Source of the DNA: a virus
Lineage: Duplodnaviria; Caudoviricetes
DNA: 54,894 nt
Reading direction: 5' to 3' (one strand)
Virus record (IMG/VR): IMGVR_UViG_3300024313_000009
Location: 1 to 54,894 of that record
Shown: positions 19,578-30,306 of the stretch, piece by piece
How positions within the stretch are numbered: position 1 is the stretch's first letter
Layout: each line of letters begins with the position of its first letter
Notes under the pieces: model-generated
Told to the model about the DNA's origin: nothing
Databases searched by the model: none
What the model saw: only the letters and a program-made list of their open reading frames with translations
Program-made: the position numbers and the translations under genes

Positions 19578-21701
19578 ATGGCAACGACGCCTTTAATTAA
19601 AACACCGCAGGCTGATGGAGGTACATTTTATACCTTCTCTTCATCTGCGAGAGATCTTTCAAAGACCCTTAACAATGATCAGCTTAAGTTGGTCTTTTCT
19701 AAGTTTGTGCTTTTAAATTTACCGGACTTTGATAAATTAGACCCAAATATAACAGGCTCTCTTGATTATGCTAACTATATGCAATTTGATACTATTGATG
19801 GTATGATTGCAAGTGGTGGCTTAAAAGGTGATCCTAATGTTAATTTTACTGAGAGTCTTCAGAATTACGCGCTGAACTTAGAGGAATTGATTATTAGTGA
19901 TGCTTCTTATGATAATACTATACAGAGATCTGTTGCTGAAAGAGTATTCTTTAAGTGGTTAAAGGAGACTGGTGCTATGAGGTTCCGTGCTGCTACTACT
20001 TTAGAAAAGAACCCAGGTGTGGCAAGGCCATTATTTGTGGAAGAAGATTCTATAAGTACTGCAACGGAAGAATATAACCGAGTAGTGAAATACGTAGGTG
20101 ATATTGATATTGTAAACAATGTAGATAAAGCAGGTGAAGCTTATACAGAACTTTACATTAATGTACCAACTGAAGTAGGAGGAACTCCAACTATTCTATT
20201 TGATTCTATATCGGATGCAAATTATCAACCTAGTTTAAAAATTCAAGGTAAAGACGAATTTATATTAGGTCGTAATGCAAGCACAATTCAACCACAAGGA
20301 TTAAGCATTAATGCATTTTATGATTACGATCAACCTTTATTAAACCCAACAGGGCCAGCTGGTTATACTGATCCTAATGCAAATTGGATGGATGAATCAA
20401 CTCCGCCAACGACAATAGATTCTTATTTTACTGAACCTAATACATTTACTAATCCTACTAGTGTTTTTATACAAAAATACCCTGCTGATTATGGCAGTCC
20501 TATAGGATATAATGGAACTGCATATATTAGATCAGAATTGGATGGTATTTCAGTTGACTTTACACCTAATGATTATGAGCAGATTATAACAGATCCTACT
20601 ATTTCTACCATTGCACAATTTAATGGAACTGATTTAGCAAGTACATTTGAATTTAATGCAGTATTGGTTTATTATGATTTAGTAGATACTAGCAATACCG
20701 CAAACACTGTAACAAATCTTTATGGTATTTTACTTGTAGACAATGTTACCCCAACAACAGATGGTGGCTATATTCAAAGATACCCAAAATATAAACCTAA
20801 TAAAGTTACTGGGCAAAATGGAAACAGTTATGGATTTAAAATTAATTTACGATTTGATGCTTCGCCAGGATCGGCCGGCATCGACACAATTGTTAATGAC
20901 TATAATACATTTTCAATGCAGCTCTTCAGTGAAGCAACTGCACAGTTACAGGAATCGGCTAAAATATTCCAAACACAGCAATTAGAAATATCTACAATAG
21001 ACCAAAAGGTTCAATCATTAGAAAATCAAATTACTAGTGTAGCGGATGTAACTTCACTCCAAGCGCAAATCACAAGTGTACAAAACCAATTGGACAATGC
21101 TAACTTGGCTTTTGCAAATGACACCGTTTTGTTAGATCTTATTGCAAAAAATTCGGATGAAATACAAGCATTGGCAAATGGCAATGTACCTATTACATTA
21201 CAATACAATACTGATGTATTAAGACAAGGTACAGGAATCATAGTAAATAATAATATACCTAATTTAGTAACCATATCATTAGCCACACAAGAATATAATT
21301 TTATGGTACCTTTTAATACTAGTGAAGTTCAGGTCACATCTGCAAACCCATTAAATTTAAATCAGGCTATACCGAGGGTGTTTGCTCAATTAGAGACTTA
21401 TACTAACATGCTGAGATTAGATACTGTTAATGAGGCTGGTGGAGATTTAAATATTTATATTAATGATACTGATATTCAATGGAGTACTGGACAAACATTA
21501 AGATTAACATTTAATAATGATTTAAATATAGGATCAAGAAACATTAGAGTATGGACCGATGCATCTGACAGATTAAATACTGGAGTTTATGGTGTATCTA
21601 TGGGAGTAATACCAAATGCTATTATTTCAACAAAACCCATTATTGAATTTATATGTACTGAGCAGGGTGTGTTAAGTTTTGTATATGACTGTATTAAATA
21701 A
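19578..21701 (+). CDS. Virion structural protein with coiled-coil segment
   Basis: 707 aa, Thr/Asn-rich, heptad segment (IDQKVQSLENQI...VQNQLDN); structural context. Confidence 0.65.
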   Translation: MATTPLIKTPQADGGTFYTFSSSARDLSKTLNNDQLKLVFSKFVLLNLPDFDKLDPNITGSLDYANYMQFDTIDGMIASGGLKGDPNVNFTESLQNYALNLEELIISDASYDNTIQRSVAERVFFKWLKETGAMRFRAATTLEKNPGVARPLFVEEDSISTATEEYNRVVKYVGDIDIVNNVDKAGEAYTELYINVPTEVGGTPTILFDSISDANYQPSLKIQGKDEFILGRNASTIQPQGLSINAFYDYDQPLLNPTGPAGYTDPNANWMDESTPPTTIDSYFTEPNTFTNPTSVFIQKYPADYGSPIGYNGTAYIRSELDGISVDFTPNDYEQIITDPTISTIAQFNGTDLASTFEFNAVLVYYDLVDTSNTANTVTNLYGILLVDNVTPTTDGGYIQRYPKYKPNKVTGQNGNSYGFKINLRFDASPGSAGIDTIVNDYNTFSMQLFSEATAQLQESAKIFQTQQLEISTIDQKVQSLENQITSVADVTSLQAQITSVQNQLDNANLAFANDTVLLDLIAKNSDEIQALANGNVPITLQYNTDVLRQGTGIIVNNNIPNLVTISLATQEYNFMVPFNTSEVQVTSANPLNLNQAIPRVFAQLETYTNMLRLDTVNEAGGDLNIYINDTDIQWSTGQTLRLTFNNDLNIGSRNIRVWTDASDRLNTGVYGVSMGVIPNAIISTKPIIEFICTEQGVLSFVYDCIK

Positions 21702-21725
21702 ATAATAAAAGAAAGAAGATAACTA

Positions 21726-24700
21726 ATGGCTGAAAATAATTCAATATCAACAATGTTACCAGAGCTTCTTAGACTTTTTAACAATTCTTTAGAGAGTTTT
21801 GAAAAGGTTAATCAAGCCATAACTTCCAGTAACGAGTCAGTTACAATTAACATTCAGAATAATGATGGTACTAATGCTAGAGTAACAATACCTAGCTTTG
21901 GGTATTTAAAAAATTCAGTAGATAGATTACAATCAAATATTGATACTATTACTAATTTAAATGGAGCTGATAGTTCTATAAGATTAGCTGATGGGACATT
22001 TAGAAAGTTGGTTTTAGCTAAACTACCTACAGAAGCACCAGACCTATCTTCTATTAATTCTATTAATACTTTTGATATTAAACCTAATTGGTTTTTTGAA
22101 GAATTAATTAATCCATTACTTTATGTATCTTTTGATTTAACTGGCCAAGTGCCTATTGATACTGAAAGAGCTATTATACAAAGATACATTTTAAATACCA
22201 ATACTCAGACTAAAATAAACTTTTTTAATAATTCATATGAAGGTAGGTCTGATATTTCATTTAACACCTTTTTACAAGATATTGTAGAAAAAAATATATC
22301 TTATGTATTAGATGAAGCCGTTGTTGATTTACCACCGAGAGATAAAAGATACTTTGGTAACTTTAGTGTATTGAGAATATCAGACGCCACTGTTACAGAG
22401 GAAATAAACGGTGTTAGTGTCACTTCACAAAGAAAACAATATAAACTAAATAAGATATTTTATACTGACACTGAAGCTGATTTTGATGATACTATACAGC
22501 TTGCGGTTGGTGATAGCTTAGAGGTAATTACAAATCCTATTAATACAAGATATAGAATTACTAAACTAGATTCTAGTACAAACACAGTTATTCTAGAATT
22601 AGTAGAAGGGTCTGCGCCAATAAGAATAGGTTCGGACATATTAAAAATATCCTCAGCATTAGAAGACAATATACAAGTTGATGTAACCGTTGGATTTAAT
22701 GAAAGGTGTGTTACTTTTGTAAAACCTATTGACCCAGAATCAAAAATACCTTCAGTGAACTGGTCACCAGGTAGTGCATTTTACACGAACACTTTAACCA
22801 CTATCAATTCAGGTGGAGTAGAACAGACATTATCAGAATTTTACCAACAGAGTGCAATAGATTTTGGATCTATGCTTCTTTCTTTTGCAAACGATAAGAT
22901 ACCTACAACAAGAGAAGGTGCTAAACCTAATCCGCCTACATTAGACGCAAGTGACTTTGGCGTCAAGTTAATAAATGGGCAGGTTAGTAATTCTCCGGCT
23001 ATTATAGAACTTACCGATTTAAGTAATCAAAAAAATACAATTGAAGCTACATTAAAAGAATTAGATGGCGCTATAGTACAGAGTAGAGCAAAAATACAAA
23101 CTACCAACTATTCAACTAACGTTGAGCGAGATGCTGATAAAAATGCTGCACAAGGTTTAATAACAGAGAGATCTTCACAGGCCGAATTATATGCATCTGT
23201 AGTTAAAGAAATAGATGCAAAAGGACAAGATAATTCTGTTGCTAGTATATCACCTAAATATAGGGTAAGAGGTTTTTGGGCAATGCCTGAGGAAAGATCC
23301 ACACCAGCAACTGGCCCACAAGCAGTCGTTAAATTTAAAACAAGATATCGCTATTTGTCTAGTGATGGTGCCGCTAACCCGGTAGACCAATTTACTTTTG
23401 TTGATGGATCAGGCAAGAGCCAAGGTGCATTTTCTAATTATAATATTGTAGATAGTACCTTAAGACCTAGAGAAAAGAATCCTATCAATGGTACTTATCA
23501 ATGGGTTGATATAAATGCTGATAATGCAGAAGCTGTAAATATTAATCAACTAGACATACCTATTAGAAAAGGTGAACAAGTAGAAATACAAGTTAAATCT
23601 GTCTCTGAGGCAGGATGGCCATCGAATCCGTTAGAGAGTGATTGGTCAACTCCAGTTATAATTGGATTCCCTGCTGATCTTAGTTCTGATAACGCGGTAG
23701 AATCAATTATTAATCAAAATCAACAAGATAGAGCAAAGGTTGCATTAGAGCAAGATTTAGGTGCTAAAGGAATAGATGAACATTTAAGTAGTTCGTTTAC
23801 TGCAAATGAAACTTATTTTGCTCATTCATCACCAGTAATAGCATCAGGGTTTTTATCAGAGAACCAAACCCCAATTGATTTGTTTACTAAATTAACTGAG
23901 ATGCAAAATCAATTAGATTTGTTTTCAGAAATACTAGCAAATGCAAAAGGGAACTTGGTGGTTACTTTAATTGATGATCAAGGAAATGTTACTAACCTAA
24001 AAAGAAATTCGGTAACTAAAATATTTGCTGGTTTTTATTCACAAGAAGTATCTAATCTTGATGATCCTAGAGGTGCAATTATATCAAAAACATTCTTTAT
24101 TAATTTAGCTAACAACGAACAAACAGGATTAAGAATAGTTTCTAGGATTGCTGGTAACAGAGGGAGAATGGTTAAACAATCAGAAAATCCTGGTTATACG
24201 GTGGTGGATGTTACTTCTGGTAATACCATATTACCTGCAACATATTCATGGCTAGATAATAGCGCGGCTAATCAATCAAACAGTAGAGCTACATATTCAT
24301 CAGATGATACTGATTATAATACAATTAGAAAATACGACTTAACGCCAGAGCTTTTAACAAATCCAACAGTTGATTCTTCATGGCCTTATGGTCAAACTGT
24401 ATCAACTCCGCCATTTCAATCTTCACAAAACAAAAACCAATTTATTTATAGTAGATTTAGTGATGTATCAAATGAAGGTAATTTTTATAACTACCAAAGA
24501 CCTAATGATGATTTTTACACTTTTAACTTAGATAGTATAGAAAATTTTTATGGTAGAACAAGTGATACTGGGGCGGTTGTATCTGGTGAATTTATTTGGG
24601 GTGGAGGTTTCGATAATGCTGGTGCACCTACTACAGCTACAGGATATCCACTAGGGGATCCTAATACATTAGAACTTCATACATCTCACCCATATTTAAC

Positions 24701-25610
24701 TAGTTATGCTACATACAAAAAGGCATATGAGAATACTACTGGTGATACAGTAACATTACCACTTGATGCAACGGGTGGGGTTGATTGTACTAATAGTGGA
24801 AATGGTACTGCGGATGTTTTATTTAGACATTCTAGATTTATACCTTTACAATCGGATCAAGATAAAGGTAAACAGCAAGCAATTTATTTAAATGAAAATA
24901 TTAATGATCTACAAGCACTAGGAACAACAGGGTTACTAAGTGGTGCAGCCTTTACCTCTACTGGTCAAACGATTCAAGCTAGCCCGTCATTATATAATAC
25001 TACTTTAGTAGAATTGCAGTCTGTTAATGGTGGTAAAGGTTATAGCAGAAATACTAAAACTTCCTTTGAAAATTTTGACCAATACTTATTAGGTGAACAG
25101 ACTTGCGGTTCATATTTATTTATGTCTTCTGATGATCACCAAAATATTCAAGTTAGTGGAGATTCTATACAGTCACAAAGAATAATACAGTTTGGGCAAC
25201 AGAATTCTATAAATATACCTTTGGTGTTTCAATATAGAATGACTGATTATTTCGGTACTGGTTCTGGTGCCGCTGGTGGGCTAGGTAATATTGGAGGTGA
25301 TTCGTCTGGTGCAACAGTAAACGTCACGTATGCTAAGAAAGTAGGATTTGATATATTTCCTAATAACACAGATGTATATCAATATGACATTGAGGTATTT
25401 TCTAAATATAGATCTGATAATCTTAATATTGATGTATTCCCTACACAAACAGTTACAAAAGGTCTAAACGACCTAGAAAAGGTATTAACTAAATTAAGTC
25501 CATCAGTTACTGCTACAAGAGTAAATGAAATTGTTAGAACAGGTGGAGTCAACTCCCGTGGATCTGGTGGAGTTGATCGAGGTTTTGTTAGTGTTGATGC
25601 TAATATTTAA
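21726..25610 (+). CDS. Large virion structural protein (coiled coil plus FN3-like domain)
   Basis: 1294 aa; VEIQVKSVSEAG...SDWS resembles an FN3 C-terminus. Confidence 0.65.
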   Translation: MAENNSISTMLPELLRLFNNSLESFEKVNQAITSSNESVTINIQNNDGTNARVTIPSFGYLKNSVDRLQSNIDTITNLNGADSSIRLADGTFRKLVLAKLPTEAPDLSSINSINTFDIKPNWFFEELINPLLYVSFDLTGQVPIDTERAIIQRYILNTNTQTKINFFNNSYEGRSDISFNTFLQDIVEKNISYVLDEAVVDLPPRDKRYFGNFSVLRISDATVTEEINGVSVTSQRKQYKLNKIFYTDTEADFDDTIQLAVGDSLEVITNPINTRYRITKLDSSTNTVILELVEGSAPIRIGSDILKISSALEDNIQVDVTVGFNERCVTFVKPIDPESKIPSVNWSPGSAFYTNTLTTINSGGVEQTLSEFYQQSAIDFGSMLLSFANDKIPTTREGAKPNPPTLDASDFGVKLINGQVSNSPAIIELTDLSNQKNTIEATLKELDGAIVQSRAKIQTTNYSTNVERDADKNAAQGLITERSSQAELYASVVKEIDAKGQDNSVASISPKYRVRGFWAMPEERSTPATGPQAVVKFKTRYRYLSSDGAANPVDQFTFVDGSGKSQGAFSNYNIVDSTLRPREKNPINGTYQWVDINADNAEAVNINQLDIPIRKGEQVEIQVKSVSEAGWPSNPLESDWSTPVIIGFPADLSSDNAVESIINQNQQDRAKVALEQDLGAKGIDEHLSSSFTANETYFAHSSPVIASGFLSENQTPIDLFTKLTEMQNQLDLFSEILANAKGNLVVTLIDDQGNVTNLKRNSVTKIFAGFYSQEVSNLDDPRGAIISKTFFINLANNEQTGLRIVSRIAGNRGRMVKQSENPGYTVVDVTSGNTILPATYSWLDNSAANQSNSRATYSSDDTDYNTIRKYDLTPELLTNPTVDSSWPYGQTVSTPPFQSSQNKNQFIYSRFSDVSNEGNFYNYQRPNDDFYTFNLDSIENFYGRTSDTGAVVSGEFIWGGGFDNAGAPTTATGYPLGDPNTLELHTSHPYLTSYATYKKAYENTTGDTVTLPLDATGGVDCTNSGNGTADVLFRHSRFIPLQSDQDKGKQQAIYLNENINDLQALGTTGLLSGAAFTSTGQTIQASPSLYNTTLVELQSVNGGKGYSRNTKTSFENFDQYLLGEQTCGSYLFMSSDDHQNIQVSGDSIQSQRIIQFGQQNSINIPLVFQYRMTDYFGTGSGAAGGLGNIGGDSSGATVNVTYAKKVGFDIFPNNTDVYQYDIEVFSKYRSDNLNIDVFPTQTVTKGLNDLEKVLTKLSPSVTATRVNEIVRTGGVNSRGSGGVDRGFVSVDANI

Positions 25611-25611
25611 G

Positions 25612-25667
25612 CATTTAAATTTTCACAACCTTCATGGTGAATAAATAAAAAAAGTGAAAATTAAATG
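25612..25667 (+). promoter_or_regulatory. 14-bp hairpin (one bulge) covering the ATG of the 1544-aa gene, with late motif GAATAAATAA in its loop
   Basis: CATTTAAATTTTCAC (25612-25626) pairs with GTGAAAATTAAATG (25654-25667); motif at 25639-25648. Confidence 0.7.
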
Positions 25668-28600
25668 GCTGAAAAACTTTTTGATAAAGCGTCTTATAGT
25701 ATAATTAGAACTAATCCTAAATTAACAGGTAATGTTAAATTAGTTAGTAATGGTGAAGATTTATATCTAGAATCTTTTAGTGCTAATACTCAACTGGCAA
25801 CATCTACATTTAAAGCATTTAAGTTAAGTGGTAAAGAAACTTATGATACTGATGTATTTAAGTTCTTTCAGCTTGGTAAATTCCCAACAGATTTAGCATA
25901 TGAAGTATTTCAGGAATATCAAGATGTTTCTGTTTTGTCACAGTATCAAAATCAGTATGAAATGTTTTACTCAGCTGGTACTAGATCAGTAGCATCTGAA
26001 GCATATTCTGAAAACTTAGGTATGCTATCTCCACTTTGGCTAAATGAACAAATACCTAACAAGTTTGTTATATTTAGAATAGATAACCCAGCAGCAGTAA
26101 ATAACATAAACCAAAGTTTACAGAATGTTAATAGCGCAGATGCACAAACATCTATTGCATTTACTAAGAATGTCTTAGAGAACTGTACGGCAATTAAAAC
26201 ATTTGACCTGTCTTCTAATAGCTTATTAGGATCTTATATTAGAAATTATAGAAACCAAGATTCGTTTCCAACAACACCCCTTAATGTTAGCTGGAGGCAA
26301 GATGAGCCTATACAATGGAACGGCATAAATTATAATAGAGGAGGGTTTACTTCTTCTGGTAGTTTCTCGTATGATGATCTGGTGGTTAATGATGCTACCA
26401 TAATCCAAAACGAGCATTTTTTTACTGAAGGGTTTCAGCGTAATAATATTCTTTTAGCAAATTTAATAAATATGGAATTTTTGTTTTCTGATACTAATGC
26501 AAAGGATTATTCATTAAATAGGTATTTCGGTTTATATGTAAATGAAGTAGAGGAGGGGTTGTTTGATATTTCTGGAGAAGGTTTTTATAAGAATACCGAA
26601 AAGACACAACTACCAAAAATAAAAACAATTACACAAGTTTCTGAAGAACTTAATACTCCGTTTGAGATGACTAATGAAAATGGTTTATTAATATATTTAG
26701 ATCCTGCTAAAACAACTACAATAACAGGTTTACCTACACCACAAAGAGTTAATGAGGTTGAATCTATATTTTATATTAAGGATAAGAATGAACAGTTTCA
26801 TACTGTTAAAAAAGGATCTGTTTGGGGAGAAAATCAAATTAGGTTATTTGATACTATAATGGATATTTCAACTATAGCAGGATATAAACAACCTGATACT
26901 TTTGCTGATGCATCTATAATTTCAAGAAAAGGTAAAGCTATAAGTTATTTTAAAATCTTAGAGGAATTGACTGATGGGTTTAAAATTACATTTTATGATG
27001 GTTTAGATTTAGTAGGGGAAGTTGCTGCATCTACTGCAACAGTACCTATACCTGGCAATCATAAGTCACAATTTTTTAATCCTAATGGTACACCTGAAGA
27101 AATTGCTAAATCAATAGAAGGAGCTATCAATAATGGAATTTCATTAGAAAAAAGATTTTTTGAAGCTACTCATAATAATGATACTGTATATGTGCAGTCT
27201 AGGTTTTCTGGTAGCAGATTTAACAGATTAAATTTTGTTATAGATTATGCACAATATCCACTTATGGTTAATAATATTACTTCATACCCTATTACTTCTA
27301 TCATAGAACCAGGTAAACATTTTGTTGGTGGAAATGATGTTAATAATTCTTTATTAAAAGTTAATAATGGCGACCAAGAAAGATTTAAAAAAGGTAATTG
27401 GGTTCAATCAAAAAACGGTTTTGCTGAAATTGGCGACTGGGTTCCTTATTTAGATGAACCTATAACAAACCAAAACGGTACAGTGTTAGGCTATACAGGT
27501 GTAAATGAATATGCGATAATTACATTAGATGATAATCAAATAAATGTTACTAGGACTGGTCAAGTTGCATTATATTCTGATTATAGACCTTCGTTTGGTA
27601 GATTTTCAATTTTTCCAATAAAGGATTTTGATTATGACTTTTATAGTAAGCTATACAGTCAAATGGGAGAACTGGAATATGAAGAAGATCAATATAACCA
27701 AACCGATGCGAGTGGTAGTTTTACGGGTATAAGTGCTAACCCTGAGGTTAGAGAATTTTATAGGGATGGTGGATTTACTAGATTAATTGGTTTATTAAGA
27801 TCAGCAGACCCTGATGAAAGTTTTGACTCTATAATAGAATCAGAATATGATAGACTAGAAGAAAACTATTTAAAGCAACAGGCTGTAGCATCTAGAGTCA
27901 TACCTTATATAAATAAATGGTCTTGGGTTAATGATGGTAAAAATGTTAGGAATTTACCTTATGGATTAAACTTAAGTGAAGCGTTTAGTCAAAATAACTT
28001 TGCGCCTTCCAAGTATTCAATTGGGCAAGAGCCACTGGGCTTTTCACATGAGTGGTATTACTTATGTGAATTTCCTTATTACTTTAATAATGAAGCAATT
28101 AAGAGTTCATGGAGTTATATTGATAATGCACCAACTGATACCATTGAAGAAAATCCTTTTACTGGGGCTGTGTATACACCAGGAACATTCCAAAGAGTAG
28201 ATAAAGATTATTTTAATGATTATTTTATAGTGGATAAGTTTACGACAGGTGGTACTATTAATTTAGTTGATAGACAACTTAGATATGGTAGATTTAGTGG
28301 AGGCGATGAAAAGAATTTTGCTGAGGCGTTTTTGAGAGGAGTTAGAGTAATTGCTAAACCTAAAGCAGATGCTTTTGAAAAGCCTAATTTTAATGCTAGG
28401 TCAATTAAGTATGTTAATGACGGTAGGTTTAATGATTATAGATTTTCAGTTATGCTTGTTCCTAATGCACCAGATAAACCTGAAGTAGAGGTTAAGTTTA
28501 TAAAAAATGATAAGTGGAGAACCGTAGTAATGTTAATCTTTTTAGATTTAAGCAATGATTGTATAAATGGCCCTGGTGACCAGAGTATTGATCGTACAAC

Positions 28601-30299
28601 CTTATATTCATTTGGAAGTGATTACAAAACACAGTTACCGCCTAATGAGTGTGAACCTGAAATTAACCCTATTGATAATACTTTTATGTTTGAAGCCGGT
28701 GAAGTCCAAGGGGCAATAAATTTAGCTAATGTGTCATGGAATAGCACAGTTGGCGCTTATCTTTTTCAAGGGCAACCAGACGTAAATGGAATTCCTACAA
28801 GGTTTTTAAGAGATCTAACGAGAGGGGCAAACGGGCAGTTTAACAGAATTGAATTTACTATAGGGTCTGATGTATACCAAATTGGTGGAATAGTAAGAAT
28901 TGTTAGTGATACCGAATTCTTTGCAACTAGGATTACGGAAAACGGGTTGACTTTTATTCCAGGTGGACCTAACCCATCTCCGTTTTCACTGTTAACTGCA
29001 GATTATATTACTATTGGTGGTGGCTTTAACACTTATTCATCCAGGCTTTCTGATGTTGGTTTTGCTACATTATTTAAAAATATTAATCAAGGTAATCCAA
29101 CAATAATTTATGAAACTATAGATAAGGATGGGAATAGGGTTTTAGATAAAGATGGCAATCTAGGTCAAACGTTTTCAATAGAATTAAGAGCCCAGGCAGA
29201 TATATTAAAATCTGTGTATATAGGTGTATTACCTGACCCTGCAAAACCAACTGCATTTAACTTAACTGATATTATTGGATATGACTTGTCTTTGCAAACT
29301 AAACCAAGAATAACTCCTATAGGTAGGCATGCTGGTTATTATCAACCAACGGCCCTTGATGTTATATTTTTTAGAGATCCATATTTAAATATTGATTTTG
29401 ATAGTGTGACAGGTGGAACTGGAATAACTGGCGGTTCTATTAATGATGAACTATATAAGATAAAGGTTAAAGAATTATGTAGATATGAGAATACTCAATT
29501 TAATAGTAGTGATTATGAAAACTTTGGACAAATAAAGAATTTATTTTATCATAAAGTAAATGAAGAAGATCCATCTACTATACTTGAACTTTCCACAGAA
29601 AGTGCATTCTTAAGTTTATACCCTCTTATTAATGAGGTAGGTATTGCAAGTAGGGACTTTTACGCGTTTTCGTCTAATTGGGAACCTTCTTATTTTAGAA
29701 AAAGTATTGATAAGTCTAAGATTGAATCTATTATAGGTACTAGGGCAATGACTGAAAAGAAGTCGTTCTTTGGTTCAAAATATTTAAAGGTACCTCAACT
29801 AATAGAATTAGAAACATTTATACATTCTCCTTTTACTGAAGGTGCTATAAAGCAGCCTAGTTTAATTGATGGGACATTTATTACGCGAGAAAATGAAACT
29901 AATGTTAGATTTTATATGTTCATACAAAAAAGATTAGAAGAGTTTTTGTTTGATCCAATTAAAGAAGAGTTTAAAAAGTACATAAAACCTGAGTTTAGCT
30001 TTGGTGACATTGAAACGTTAGACGATGATGTGTTAAGGTATATTAGGCAAAATGTTTTACAATTATATAAAATAGAAAACGTAGATTTTTATGTTAAAAC
30101 TTCTAGAGAAATTTCATTGTTGGATTTTTCAACAGCCGAATTAACTAATTCTGAAAAGGTTTTGGCTGGCCTAACAGTAAACACTGCAATAGGATCGAAA
30201 TTATTAAATACTAATCCATTTGATCTAAGCCTAATATATAACAAAAGGAAAGGTTTTACTGAGTCTTTTGGTTTCAGTATAACCATAGTTAAAAAATAA
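25665..30299 (+). CDS. Giant virion structural protein
   Basis: 1544-aa ORF in the tail/baseplate module; no family recognised. Confidence 0.7.
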   Translation: MAEKLFDKASYSIIRTNPKLTGNVKLVSNGEDLYLESFSANTQLATSTFKAFKLSGKETYDTDVFKFFQLGKFPTDLAYEVFQEYQDVSVLSQYQNQYEMFYSAGTRSVASEAYSENLGMLSPLWLNEQIPNKFVIFRIDNPAAVNNINQSLQNVNSADAQTSIAFTKNVLENCTAIKTFDLSSNSLLGSYIRNYRNQDSFPTTPLNVSWRQDEPIQWNGINYNRGGFTSSGSFSYDDLVVNDATIIQNEHFFTEGFQRNNILLANLINMEFLFSDTNAKDYSLNRYFGLYVNEVEEGLFDISGEGFYKNTEKTQLPKIKTITQVSEELNTPFEMTNENGLLIYLDPAKTTTITGLPTPQRVNEVESIFYIKDKNEQFHTVKKGSVWGENQIRLFDTIMDISTIAGYKQPDTFADASIISRKGKAISYFKILEELTDGFKITFYDGLDLVGEVAASTATVPIPGNHKSQFFNPNGTPEEIAKSIEGAINNGISLEKRFFEATHNNDTVYVQSRFSGSRFNRLNFVIDYAQYPLMVNNITSYPITSIIEPGKHFVGGNDVNNSLLKVNNGDQERFKKGNWVQSKNGFAEIGDWVPYLDEPITNQNGTVLGYTGVNEYAIITLDDNQINVTRTGQVALYSDYRPSFGRFSIFPIKDFDYDFYSKLYSQMGELEYEEDQYNQTDASGSFTGISANPEVREFYRDGGFTRLIGLLRSADPDESFDSIIESEYDRLEENYLKQQAVASRVIPYINKWSWVNDGKNVRNLPYGLNLSEAFSQNNFAPSKYSIGQEPLGFSHEWYYLCEFPYYFNNEAIKSSWSYIDNAPTDTIEENPFTGAVYTPGTFQRVDKDYFNDYFIVDKFTTGGTINLVDRQLRYGRFSGGDEKNFAEAFLRGVRVIAKPKADAFEKPNFNARSIKYVNDGRFNDYRFSVMLVPNAPDKPEVEVKFIKNDKWRTVVMLIFLDLSNDCINGPGDQSIDRTTLYSFGSDYKTQLPPNECEPEINPIDNTFMFEAGEVQGAINLANVSWNSTVGAYLFQGQPDVNGIPTRFLRDLTRGANGQFNRIEFTIGSDVYQIGGIVRIVSDTEFFATRITENGLTFIPGGPNPSPFSLLTADYITIGGGFNTYSSRLSDVGFATLFKNINQGNPTIIYETIDKDGNRVLDKDGNLGQTFSIELRAQADILKSVYIGVLPDPAKPTAFNLTDIIGYDLSLQTKPRITPIGRHAGYYQPTALDVIFFRDPYLNIDFDSVTGGTGITGGSINDELYKIKVKELCRYENTQFNSSDYENFGQIKNLFYHKVNEEDPSTILELSTESAFLSLYPLINEVGIASRDFYAFSSNWEPSYFRKSIDKSKIESIIGTRAMTEKKSFFGSKYLKVPQLIELETFIHSPFTEGAIKQPSLIDGTFITRENETNVRFYMFIQKRLEEFLFDPIKEEFKKYIKPEFSFGDIETLDDDVLRYIRQNVLQLYKIENVDFYVKTSREISLLDFSTAELTNSEKVLAGLTVNTAIGSKLLNTNPFDLSLIYNKRKGFTESFGFSITIVKK

Positions 30300-30306
30300 G
30301 AATATA

